Positions 46,099 through 57,716 of a stretch of DNA of 64,000 nucleotides are shown piece by piece; position 1 is the first letter of the stretch; each line of letters starts with the position of its first letter. A program made the translations under genes and the position numbers. The stretch comes from Fistulifera solaris (Eukaryota). The notes under the pieces are model-generated. The model was not told where the DNA came from and did not search any database. It was given only the letters and a program-made list of their open reading frames with translations. The DNA lies in the NCBI GenBank assembly GCA_030295235.1, contig AP026124.1, positions 1,736,001 to 1,800,000 of the forward strand, in the 5' to 3' direction.

Positions 46099-48704
46099 AT
46101 GGCCATCTTTTGGCCTGCCTGGCTTACTCAAAAAAGCCTTACAACATTATTCTGGCAGCCGAGACTTTTTTCTTACGCAGCCTCGTGGCTGCTACTGTAT
46201 AAGCCCAAATGGCTGCAAAACAAAAACATGATGTTCAAGTTGATAGCTCTCGTTGCGAGTGCGGGGCTATCGTGGTTTCTTTCACATGTCGTATTGGATT
46301 CCATGTCCCTGCCCGATGTTCCAGCAAAGGAGACAAATGATGGAATTATCATAAATTTGATTAATTCGTGGTTCCCTGCAGACGAACTGCGAGCGGCCTA
46401 TAATATCATGCTCGCCTTTGCACATCCCAGAGTTCTGCAGTCGCAGCTAGCACACCTATTCTTTGTGACCTTTCATATCCAAGTCGGAATGGGGTTTCTC
46501 GGTATCGGTTTCTTGCTCGAGGAACAATCAAGACGAAACATGTTGATTCGTTTGGATGTAGAGCCATCTACGAAAAGCGATGTCGTAAAAAGCGAAGAGT
46601 CAAAGACGGAAAATGGTTCACCCGACGGCAAAGTCGACACAGCCAAAATGGCACGGGCGCGCCGCTATCAGAAAGGAGCTGGGCCCTTTATTCTGTTCAT
46701 TGCGCTCCCCTATATGTTTCAAATCATTGTATATGGGAATATTAACCGATTTGCATTCACTTGCTTGGAACAAGATCTGCATCGTACTGTGCGTCTCAAC
46801 GATTTGTTTGACAATGATAGCAACTTGGCAGCCATGGCTCAGGCTGACAACGCCGTTTCTCCAGAGAGTAAGCAGGGTAGCAGTTTTGTGATCGGCTCAG
46901 CAACACTGCGCTAACACTTTGCCTTTTTCAATCGACAGCTTTCGCAAACTCCATGACATCGGTCGTTGATAAGGCTTACGATATTATCAACCGCAAGCTT
47001 TTTAGTCTACCAAAAGTATTGCTCTTGCCGGGTGTTATGACTAGACAGCCAATGTTGATGGTACAAGTTTTCCCCTTCATTTTCCTTTCTGACTGGATCA
47101 AAGCGTCATTGGTTTCGTACATGACTTCCTCAATTGAATCGCTAAGGAAGGAAACGATGGAAATTCGAGCAGTACGAACCAAAGTTGAATCATTTGATCT
47201 AAAAAATGCTGAATTACTTCAACGATCTGGACCAGGCGCATCAGCTTTCACACAGAGTCGCTGGGAAGAGCTTACCGTAAGAATCCAGAAACGCGATAAT
47301 GTCGCTGATCTGATTAGCCGCTCGAAAGCCTTCTTCGCGTTCATGCAGCGCAACTTCGTTTTTACTGTACTAATCGACTGCGCTTTGGCATCACTAATGG
47401 CGGTAGGAAAAATTGTTTCGGCAGAAATATTCGTGTTCTCTCGTGCTATTGAAGATGCTGTTGACATGGTACTTATTCGAAGCCGCAGCGAAGCAGAACT
47501 GGCTCAAATGTCAACCGACACCGATAAACTAAAAGAGTTGGCAGATCTTTGGTCGAAACACAGTCATGAAAAAACTCTTTTACCTTGCTCACTTCCCACC
47601 GCATCCGAAGAAAAGAAGCTAATTCTTCGTAACGTGCACTACACTCGCGGAACTGCGTCTGTTCGGGCCGATCACGTGGAATTGGGTCCAGGAGTTTATG
47701 CGTGTAAGTACTTTCAAGTGCTCTTCCCTCGTCCTCATACTTCTCCAACTCATTTGTTATTTCCCTATCCAGTGACTGGTTCGAATGGCAGTGGGAAATC
47801 GACTCTCTTTCGTGTGCTAATGAGTTGTCGTTCGAACGATCAGCCAATTGAACTCCCTAAGAGCATCAATTTACTCACCCCGATGGAACCCCTTTTGGAA
47901 GAAGACGACGTAATGCGGGAAATTAGCTGCACCGAGGCTGACCACGACACTGATGTGAATGCCACAATTACCGATTCCACCGGCGAGCCTGAATGTGAAT
48001 ACGTCATCAATGCGGCTACTGGAGAGGTGTCCGAAGATACAAAAACATGTCGCCACCTTTCCGAAACCCGATTAAACTCTGAGATTCATCCCCACCCTCG
48101 ACTTTCGATTACCATGCCATCCTCGCATGTCGCTGAAATCAGTCAGACATTCTACTGGCCTTTGTACGCGAAGCCAATTGAATGGATTTTCCACAAGTCA
48201 TTTACTGCTGTAGAGAAGGATACATTGGAAGAGAAAACACGACTTGTGGCAGAGCATCTCCACTCTCTCGACTTCTTCCAGCCAGTTACGCCGGAGGACT
48301 TGAAAGACGGTCAAGAGCCTTCCCAAGAAGCGATAACGGAGGCAACTATTCGGCATATTCAAAATGAACTTCAGGAAGAAAAAGAAGATTGGTTCAGCGA
48401 TCTCTCTGGAGGACAGAAAAGTAAAGTAGAGCTGGTGAGGAAGGTATTCCTCCAACAGAGTTGTCCCGATTTGCTGTTGATCGACGAAACAATGGCTCCC
48501 CTGGATCCATCATCCAAAGCGCACGTAATGGCAAAGCTAAAAGACTTTTGTAGGAGCAGCGTGGTTTTGGTCATTTACCACACGGACGTTGGACGTGAAG
48601 TTGGAGAAGCTGGAAATTCAGTCGAATGTGTTCCATCAAACAATTTCTTCGATTACAATATTCATCTTGACAAAGGAATTATTCAGATCAAATCCACATG
48701 CTGA
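46099..48704 (+). CDS. ABC half-transporter-like protein (membrane domain plus NBD)
   Basis: Multiple hydrophobic segments, Walker A GSNGSGKST, LSGGQKSK, LLIDETMAPLD and VIYH. Introns 46868-46938 and 47704-47772. Confidence 0.8.
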
Positions 48705-49227
48705 TCTGAGAAGCTAATTGCTTGAAACACGTTGATAAGTATAAACTTGATTTAGCTAATTTTATTTTCTTATTGAGACCTTAGAGACCTAGCTAAACTG
48801 GTCGTTTACGAGGTATCTTCATCGAAGGTTTCCTATTGTAATGCTGGCAGTCTAAGTAGTTGTGTCGTGTTTTAGCGTGAGTGAGTCGTACTCCGACTAA
48901 CGCTCAATTGACACTGTACAAAAACTCAATCGTGTCTGCGCCCGAAGATTCTTTCAAATCTATTGCCGATGATGACTATAGCTTTTGGTGTTCAATGGTC
49001 ATTTCCGTTGCGTTTCACATTCCGTATGTCTTTGGTGTAGTATTATTAATTGTGTAGGCTGCAGCTGACCGTTAGGGAGGGCAAAGGATTTCTTATGACT
49101 TCTTGTCTCCTTGTCTTTTGTCTCGATCGCGCGGAGCAAAATCTTGAGCTCGACGCGATCCCATTGACTCTCAACCTTACAATAATTACTGTGGCGAAGC
49201 TCATTAAACAAACTAACGCCGAAGAGA

Positions 49228-51197
49228 ATGGCGAGTCATATTGATGAAGATGCTGTTGCAGCCGCAGATAAAGAGATGGAGGAGCGTGCCAATCGCGCAA
49301 AAGAGCTGCTTTCACAGCGTTACGAAGGGCTGAAAAAGAAGCAGGTACGTTTGTCAGCTGAGATTCCAATGACTTTCTTGTAATCGAACCCGGTAATTTA
49401 ACGTATCTGTTTATGAAGGATCAAAAAAAGCACCGCAAGATGCTGCTGGAGCGTGAAATGGTCGGACTCCCGGAAAACCAAAAGCATGAGTTGCGCAGTG
49501 CTTTGGAGCAGGAGGAAGTATTAATCGACAAAGAATCCCGGAAGAAGATGTCGGTAGCAGATTTTGAATCACTCGCAGTCATTGGGAGAGGGGCCTTTGG
49601 TGAAGTTCGCTTGGTTCGCCGTAGGGGCAAAATAGATGATCCACAATTTGGTGAAATTTTCGCGCTAAAGAGCATGAAGAAAGAGATGATGGTCATGAAG
49701 AATCAAGTTCATCACGTGAAAGCGGAACGAGATGTTTTATCCAAAGCAGACACATCTAATCGCTGGCTGACTGTTCTACATTCAAGCTTCTTTGATGAGA
49801 CGCACATTTACATGGCTATGGAGTTTATGCCGGGCGGTGATCTGATGAGTTTGTTGATCAAAGAAGATACTTTTTCCGAAGAGGTAACTCGATTCTTCAT
49901 GGCAGAAGCCGCATCAGCAATTAGCAGTGTTCATGCTCTTGGGTACATCCATCGCGACATCAAACCGGGTACGTAACGATTCTATCGGTTTGTCTCTTTT
50001 CGTTAATGATTCCATTTCTCATGCAATTCACGTCACTTCACGCTCTTTAGACAATATGCTATTGGATGGTAAGTACTGGCAGTAGTCTGTGGAATAGTGA
50101 GCTACCTTGTCTAAGTCATTTGTTTCACAACTTCAGCTCGTGGGCACTTGAAACTGACAGATTTAGGACTGTGTAAGAAGGTAGGAGAAGTCAGCCCCTC
50201 CGAATCACCGGAGAAAGTCTTAGACAGTTTACGAAAAGAGTTGCACGGCGGAGGAGGAATGATTTCCATGGGAGATGTACCAGAGGGTGGAACAGGTCCG
50301 AAGAAACATCGATCGCAAGGCGATGTGATGGCCATGTCAATCGACGATGGCGATGGAACTCGTCCTGAACCGAGAGACCCAAAATTACGACGAGAGGTAA
50401 GTAATATGGATCTTTTGCGAAACGTAGAAGGTAATTTTCTCATGTCTTCATGGTGGGGCTTTACAGCTTGCATATTCGACTGTTGGAACGCCTGATTACA
50501 TTGCACCCGAGGTTCTTGCCGCCCAGAATGGTGCATCGGGATACTCTTACACGAGCGCTGTCGATTGGTGGTCTTTAGGAGTCATTATGTTCGAATGCTT
50601 GGTGGGATACACCCCGTTCTACGCCGACGACCCAGTGTCGACCTGCCGAAAGATTCTTCGATGGCGAAAGAGCTTAGAGATGCCAGCAGAGACGAAGGCA
50701 CAGCTATCACCCGAGTGCATTGATTTCTTATCTTGCTTGTTGACAGGGCCGGAATCACGAATTGGTGCCTCGAGAGATGGCACTGAATTTGAGAATGGTT
50801 TCAAGCGTGTGGTACAGCATCCCTGGTTCCGATCATTCGATTGGGACAATATGCATGAGCGGGAAGGTCCGTTGCTCCCTAGCGGAACCCGAGAGTTTCC
50901 CGAATTGTTGGAGTATCTCAAGTAAGTGGACCTCTTAGCTCATGAAACTTTACATCACGCCATTACACGATTCTCACATGTCATTCACTCTATTGTAGAA
51001 CTTGCCCAAAGTCTGATCCCCGGTTCAAGCCCCTAGTTGATCGAGCGACGCAAAACTTTGATACATTTGAGGACTTTGGTTCGGCGATGGATGAGTCAAA
51101 ATCGTGGCGTGTTTTCAAGCACACGCAGTTGGATCAATTCTATAACTACGAGTTTAGACGTGTGCGAAAGCCTCGACTCCCATTGCCTGAAATCTGA
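49228..51197 (+). CDS. NDR/LATS-family AGC Ser/Thr kinase (STK38-like)
   Basis: [53 protein letters not shown] and [16 protein letters not shown]. Introns 49345-49418, 49969-50050, 50069-50136, 50397-50466 and 50922-50998. Confidence 0.92.
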
Positions 51198-51438
51198 TGT
51201 GAAACGTATGCTACGTATCGTGAATTTCGATTGACCAAGTCTAATTGCTAACTATTTTCACTTAGATTATTACCGTATCCTGCATTGCCAGAATTTTTAG
51301 GTAGATTGTCATTTCGATATCTAACCATTATACTTGGCCTTCACACCGAAGATTCATGATTAAGTAACACGCTACGGTCTCTGTGATTAGAAACTTAACG
51401 CGTCCAACACGGACTCGTAGCACTACGATTTTCGAGGA

Positions 51439-52146
51439 CTAGAAGCGTTTTTCTGGGGGACCTTCTGGCGTAGGATAAACGAGCATTTCATCCGCAAGTG
51501 GGTTGGCGTGCACGGTAACGCTTTGCAACACAGGAGGGTCGATCGGTCGGTGTGCATTTTTGGGTTTCGGAGCTTTGTCTCCAAGAACGGGAAGCTGCTC
51601 AAACTTATCTAGCGTATCCCAGCCATCCAGTACCTTTCCAAAGACTGTGTGCAGATTGTTAAGATGAGGCTGTCGTTCGTAACATATGAAGAACTGCGAT
51701 CGGTTTGTGTTGGGTCCTTTGTTGGCCATACTCAAGACACCGCGCTTGTCGTGTAGATTCGTCGGATGAAACTCGTCTGGAAAGGCAACAGGACTGGGCA
51801 TCTTTCGTTATGAGCATCACTGGCGCAAAGACGAAAGGATTGTAGTACAAAAGATTGGTACGTACCCCCAAATAGATTCCCCTCCCTTTGAACCCGTTTT
51901 TTCCGCCGTATCTCCGCCTTGAACCATAAATCCCTATACACGGCAGGCTTTGTGAGGAGAGTTTCACATCGAAGAGCATATAATAGCTGCTTTTCGGAAA
52001 CGAACCTTAATATTCCGATGGAAAATAGTTCCATCGTAAGCGCCACTGGTGCACAATGCCAAGAAGTTGAAGGCAGTTCTTGGCGCTGTATCGCAATAGA
52101 TCTCGAGCTTAATATCGCCGATGGATGTGTGCAAAGTCACTGACAT
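51439..52146 (-). CDS. PPIL3: Peptidyl-prolyl cis-trans isomerase-like 3 (cyclophilin)
   Basis: [32 protein letters not shown]...[19 protein letters not shown]...[23 protein letters not shown]...VTVHANPLA. Introns about 51934-52005 and 51802-51865. Confidence 0.9.
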
Positions 52147-52291
52147 GCTCTGGTGTTTCTCTCTTTGTCGACAGCAGCAATGGTAAAGTAATGAAGTTCA
52201 ATACGGAGTAATAATATGGAGATAGAATGCTGAGGTGCATGATGCACGCCTGGATCAAGAATCAAGAACCAAAGCAAGACGTTCACGTGGA

Positions 52292-52445
52292 CAGAAATTT
52301 GGGCGTGTGGTGTTTTCAAGTACACAGAAAATCTGAATATGTGGCGTCTTAATATCCCCAGAAAATCTGGGAGTGTAATGTTGTCACGACCCCAGAAAAT
52401 CTGGAAATGTGGTGTTTTCACTTGCTTCAGAAAATCTGGGATCTG
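52292..52445. repeat. Degenerate tandem repeat, ~34 bp unit, ~4.5 copies, core CAGAAAATCTG
   Basis: Unit starts at 52292, 52325, 52359, 52393 and 52428. Consensus CAGAAAATCTGG..TGTGGTGTTTTCA. Confidence 0.8.
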
Positions 52446-52563
52446 GGGGTACCCGGTACTGGTACTTGTATGCGGTGTCTGCACTGAACATCAACAAAAC
52501 GACAGCGCTGTGTTGTATCTGCGTTAAATCGTTGTTTAGCACCTCTTCCTTGATTATTGCATA

Positions 52564-53122
52564 ATGCCCAAGCCACTTGACGTTCAAAAACCTCTCAAAG
52601 AGACTCTCACGCAACAGAAGAAAAAAAGAAGTAAACGTGAATAGGAAACGCGCTCGACCGACAAAACAACCCTTAGCGGGGAAAGTCATTGCTGTTTCGA
52701 CTCTCACACAAGGAGACTCTTCTGTAGAGAGTTCCGGTACCATCATTGAGCTTTGTAAAGCCGCGGGTGCCCAATACACGGCTCAAGTTCACCGAAAGGT
52801 CTACTGTCTGGTAGCATCGTCCAGTGCGGTGAGAGGGGCCACACAACGAGTCCGAAAGGCTTGGAGAAGAAGGATACCTATCGTAACGATAGATTGGGTC
52901 AAGCAATGTGTCGAAACTGGGAAATTACTGGATATGGATGAATTTCGTTTGGAAGAGAAACCAGAAAGTAAGGGATGTGATAAAGCTATTGCTTCGGACA
53001 GCAGCGTTGCGGACGTTGTAATAGAGGAGCGAACGGTTGAATTGGGTTGCTGTTGTGTCTGCCATGAATCGGATGATGTAAATAATTGCGAATGGTGTGC
53101 CGATTGTGTAGTGAATAGCTAA
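52564..53122 (+). CDS. BRCT-domain protein with Cys-rich C-terminus
   Basis: PLAGKVIAVS...CKAAGAQY...VYCLVA...IPIVTIDWVKQC is BRCT-like. C-terminal CCCVCHE...CEWCADC. ATG at 52564 needs one indel correction near 52588. Confidence 0.75.
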
Positions 53123-53265
53123 ATTTTTGTTAGGTTGCACAGCACACAAACGTCATTTATTTTCTTTTTCTTTGTAGTCTTTTGTTCCCCACACATAAAT
53201 TCACGAGCAAATCCAAAGGACTCTGGCCAGCAGAACACTCCACACAATTACACAAGTCAGATTCG

Positions 53266-54087
53266 TTAGTCATCGTGCGGAAGAAGATCGTTGTTCGTTT
53301 CCGACAAAGATTCAGCCGCGGCCGATAGCTGTTCTTGCGCAGCTCGCTGCTGCATTATCCATTTTGATACTGAATAAAATAAGCCGATAACATGGCTAAT
53401 GGACGTTCCCAGTGGTGACTTCCGTTCTTCCTCGGTTAGCACAGGAAAAGGAACCGAAGCACCGGTAGAAGCAATGGAAGAAAAATATTCCCCGACGTTC
53501 TGAGTAGTAGAGCTTTCGGAGCACCCGTTCGATTCGTTCTGATCTTCGTACATGGCGGCGTAAGATAGAAAGGAAGCCATTTCACCACCCAGAAAACTTC
53601 CATTTCCCATCATGCTCATGATCACCGCTGGAGATGCCAAGTTAGTGCTTTCACCGTTGCTGGCTGCTCCAACCGTCAGCGCCTTTTGCATCCAGGCGTC
53701 GAATTCTGCAAAGAACTCCTGCTTTGATTTCTCTTTGTTATTCCTGTACTTTTGAAGGTGGCTTTTGACACGCTCGCTCGTGATCGAATCATCCATCATG
53801 CTCATATGCTCCATAATGACAGCCGGAGAGGCGTTCTTGACCCCAATATCATAAATTGCTTCAACAAACGACCGATGTATGGATTCGGACCACGGTCGAT
53901 CATGCTTTGCCTGCTTGCCGTTACCCTGAGAGCTGCTAGCATTCTCTTGAGTTCTCCTCCGCTTGCGCTTGGCCGCCGCATCTTCCACCACTGCTTCGTT
54001 GCGGGTATTCACCATTATGCCATTCTTTACGAACAAATCTGCCTCCTCTCGTCCCTGAAAGTTGTGGTACGGAAAGTTCGAATCCAT
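53266..54087 (-). CDS. GARP/SHAQKYF-class Myb-like transcription factor
   Basis: WSESIHRSFVEAIYDIGVKNASPAVIMEHM...ITSERVKSHLQKYR. Confidence 0.9.
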   Translation of the reverse strand: MDSNFPYHNFQGREEADLFVKNGIMVNTRNEAVVEDAAAKRKRRRTQENASSSQGNGKQAKHDRPWSESIHRSFVEAIYDIGVKNASPAVIMEHMSMMDDSITSERVKSHLQKYRNNKEKSKQEFFAEFDAWMQKALTVGAASNGESTNLASPAVIMSMMGNGSFLGGEMASFLSYAAMYEDQNESNGCSESSTTQNVGEYFSSIASTGASVPFPVLTEEERKSPLGTSISHVIGLFYSVSKWIMQQRAAQEQLSAAAESLSETNNDLLPHDD

Positions 54088-54599
54088 CTTTATTACACTG
54101 TAGAAACAATTCGCAGAAATTAGCTATTGTTATTGTTCAAAAGGAAGGACTGAATGGTAAAGCGGACTGCTGCCTGGTACTGTTATTGAGTCGGAGGTCG
54201 TGTTGCGTTGAACGAAACGCGCGGAGCAGGTGGTGGTGGTGACATCCAATGGTCAATCCGTGCTGACAAACAAAAGGTGCCCTACTGGTACTCGCATGAC
54301 ACTTCTTTAATATGTCGAACAAGTTTTCTTCATAACAGGCACTGCGCGAATTGCGGAGGAGGCGGCGGTAACAACATCAGTCAATCTAAATGGCGAAAGC
54401 CCATGTAGATGATCCATGGCAACAAAACGATAATAAAGAAAGCATTTATCTGGTATAGCAGACTTTTACTGCAAGTAAATATCATTCAAGTGCCAACTAC
54501 AACTTCTTGATCTTTGATTGAAGATTTAGCTTTCTGCTAGTTTATCGACGCCACATTTCAACGGAATGCGGAATTGAGCCAGCAGTTAAAACGCCTTCC

Positions 54600-56464
54600 A
54601 TGAGACTAATAGGACTTCACCCCATCCTTTTGCTTGCCAATTCGTCAACTTATTCTCAAACCTGGAGACAAATTCTATGCAAAATGTCAACCCAAAGGTC
54701 TTCAACATTATCGAAATGGATACCAGGAGACCCTGATCAGGGAAGGGAAGCGAAGGAAAAGTTAGAGGTTTGGCCTTTAGACGAGTACAATGCTGCTCTG
54801 TTGAATGAGGTTCATCCCTACAATTATATTCAATCTACAGATACACCGCATGAGATATACGATCTAATTGCAATCGGCTCCGGTGCTGGTGGATTGGTTT
54901 CGTCAAAGCAATCGGCTCGACGTGGAGCGAAAAGGTAAGAATTACTTCTTCTTTCCTTTTCATTTGTCGAATTTTGGAAGAGCGATGCCATCTTACGTTT
55001 ATGTACTATTCGTCTCATCTATCAGTGCCCTGATCAGCGCTCACCTGGCGGGTGGAGATTGTTTGAATGTTGGATGTGTCCCGTCGAAGGGGCTGTTGAG
55101 TGTTGCCAAGGCAGTTTCGCAAATCCGTCGCGCTTCGGACTATGGAATCGATATACCCGGAGGATATCAAGTAGATTTTCAAAAAGTGATGGAACGAATG
55201 CGTCGTTTGCGTACAAAGATTTCCCCCCGCCGATGGTCATGTTGGTACGTGATAGCTTTTAGAAGACCAATACATTTTGTGCTTTCGTTCATTCTCATGT
55301 CCGCTGTAAAAAAATACCAGGAACGTCACAGACAGGCGCTCACGTTTATCAGGGTTTTGGAAAATTTACGGGCCCGGATACCATCGAAGTGCATCATAGC
55401 AATGGTGCTAAGACAACACTCAAATTTCGAAAGCTGTTATCGCCACTGGCGGGCGTCCGAGCATTCCACCGTTACCTGGGCTATCGGAGGCACCATATAC
55501 AACAAATGAAATTTTATTTAATTTGGAGGTTTTGCCTCCGAGAATGGTTGTTTTGGGATCTGGTGTGATTGCCCTGGAAATGGCGCAGTCATTTGCGCTG
55601 TTGGGGTCTGACGTAGCTGTTATTGTACGCAATGAGCATTTTCTCAAATCCAAACATGGCGATGACGAAGCAGCGCATCTTTTACGAGCCGCTTTGGAAG
55701 AAAGCGGCGTGGCCTTTGTTACGGGAAGTGCCAAGCGAGTGACAACAATTCGTCAAAGATTTGATGATCCAAAAGCGCTACCGCTGATGACAGTCACTGT
55801 AGGATCAGATTCAGCAGATGATGTCAACTTGGAGTGTGAATGTCTCCTTGTAGCCACCGGAAGAGAAGCAAACGTTGAAAATTTAGGTTTGGAAGAAGCG
55901 GGTGTTCAGTACAAAGCAAAGGAAGGTATTCAGGTCAATGACTTGGCACAAACAATAGGCAATGCGAACATCTATGCTGTCGGTGACTGTGTAGCTGGTG
56001 TTCCGAGATTGACACACATGAGTGGTGAAATGGCGAAGCTGGTGGTACAAAATAGTCTGTTCGATGACAGTTGGAAGATCAGCAGTCTAGTTGTACCAGC
56101 AGTTATGTACACAGAGCCAGAGTACGCCACGGTCGGACTCCATTCTGCCAGTGCGGCTGAGAAAGAATGCGTCGAAGTTGACACATACAGGGCTGGCTTA
56201 GAGCACAACGATCGAGCAATCCTAGAAGGCACTGACGTGGGTTTTTGCAAGATCTTTTGCCGCAAAGGGACGGACGAAATTGTAGGAGCAACGATTGTCG
56301 CAGAAAGAGCAGGCGAAATGATAAACGAAATATCATTAGCAATGAAGAATAGTATCGGCCTGCGAGCGATTGGACGAAACATTCATGCATACCCAACAAC
56401 GGGCGAGGCCGTTATGGGATGCGGTATCCAGTACATCAACTCGAAATGGAAGCGCCTGGACTGA
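54600..56464 (+). CDS. Class I pyridine nucleotide-disulfide oxidoreductase (mercuric reductase-like)
   Basis: IGSGAGG FAD motif, GGDCLNVGCVPSK redox pair, ATGGRP, LGSGVIALE, YAVGD and HAYPT. Introns 54935-55025 and 55245-55320. Two homopolymer indels. Confidence 0.88.
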
Positions 56465-56564
56465 TGCTTGATGAGTAACTCAATAAACATTACATAGAAC
56501 GAATAACTTCTAACATATCTTGAGGCCTCGAATTCTTCAATGCGAAAGGAAGGCAAATGAGTTA

Positions 56565-57716
56565 TCATCTTGCTGTAAGACGGACCACTTTACCCGAACT
56601 GGCAGACCTCTGTGCTGCATCTACAATACTTTGTACATACAGACATTGGTCAAGGGAGACGGGCCAGGGCTCATCCAACAACACCGTATCTACTAAAGCA
56701 TCAAGCTCGTTGGCGAAGGCGTGCTCAAATCGTTGAGGAAAGGAATGCTGCCAGAGGGCTCCATGAGAACCTATCTTGTTGTGAATGGTTGTCGAATGTT
56801 CCGGAATGTTTCCTATAGACACAAGTCCCTCGGTACCAAATAGTTCGCATCGTTGATCATAACCATACACCGAAGAGCGACTTAGGAACAAGGATGCCAC
56901 GGCGCCTGCAAATGCATTCAAAACATTGATAAGGTCTATTGCCGTTTCGATATGTGCCTTGAATGACTTACCTCCTTCAAACTGAAGCAAGACGGTCGCA
57001 TGGTCTTGTACTCCCGCTCCTGCCAGTTGGGGTGACGATGCAGATGCTACGGCAAACACAGATTCGACTCGATACTCCTTCCACACATGAGTTATGTAGT
57101 CCACATCATGGGCTGCCAGGTCCATAAATATGTCCCCACCAGTCAGCAAGAATTCGATCGGCGGAACGGGATGATCCCCGAAGAAAATCCGAGCCGTGAT
57201 GGGCTTTCCAACAGCCGCGCTAGTCATTGCGGCTTGATACGAAGGATCAAATCTTCGTTGAAAGCCGCAACACAAAGCAACAGGCCGTGATCGAGTGGAG
57301 TGTGTATATTGTGATATCCTTTTATAGAGATCTTCAATGGCGCTTGCCGATTCAGCAACCGGTTTTTCCACAAATGTGTCCAAGCCGTAGCTGGCGGCAA
57401 GCAGAATAACCTCGGAGTGAGAATGCGTCGGAGTGCAGACGACTACCGCATCAAGGATCCGTGCTTGCCTTTCACAAGCCTCCTTTAGAGACTGATACTC
57501 TGGAATCCGGTACATGCTTGCAAGATCACCTCCCTTCCCTGCTGTATCCACGACACCGCAAAGATCCACGCGTGGATTCGAATGTAATATTTTGGCGCGA
57601 ATTTGGCCCATGCGGCCGGCGCCTACCAGTAAGATTTGTGCACGAGGCTCGTTCTGCGCCGAGTATCGTTCGAAAGAATGCGTCCATCTATTTCTTAATG
57701 AGGCTAGTTTCATCAT
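56565..57716 (-). CDS. Gfo/Idh/MocA oxidoreductase, myo-inositol 2-dehydrogenase-like
   Basis: LVGAGRMG, CTPTHSH, FVEKP, GFQRRFDP, GDIFMDLAAHDVD and YGYDQRCELFG. Probable intron 56906-56971. Confidence 0.88.
   Translation of the reverse strand: MMKLASLRNRWTHSFERYSAQNEPRAQILLVGAGRMGQIRAKILHSNPRVDLCGVVDTAGKGGDLASMYRIPEYQSLKEACERQARILDAVVVCTPTHSHSEVILLAASYGLDTFVEKPVAESASAIEDLYKRISQYTHSTRSRPVALCCGFQRRFDPSYQAAMTSAAVGKPITARIFFGDHPVPPIEFLLTGGDIFMDLAAHDVDYITHVWKEYRVESVFAVASASSPQLAGAGVQDHATVLLQFEGGKSFKAHIETAIDLINVLNAFAGAVASLFLSRSSVYGYDQRCELFGTEGLVSIGNIPEHSTTIHNKIGSHGALWQHSFPQRFEHAFANELDALVDTVLLDEPWPVSLDQCLYVQSIVDAAQRSASSGKVVRLTAR

Noticed and set aside
52292..52445. CRISPR-like array
   Set aside because: The conserved core is only about 11 bp, the intervening sequences are similar to each other, there are no cas genes, and the context is eukaryotic. 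It is a tandem repeat.
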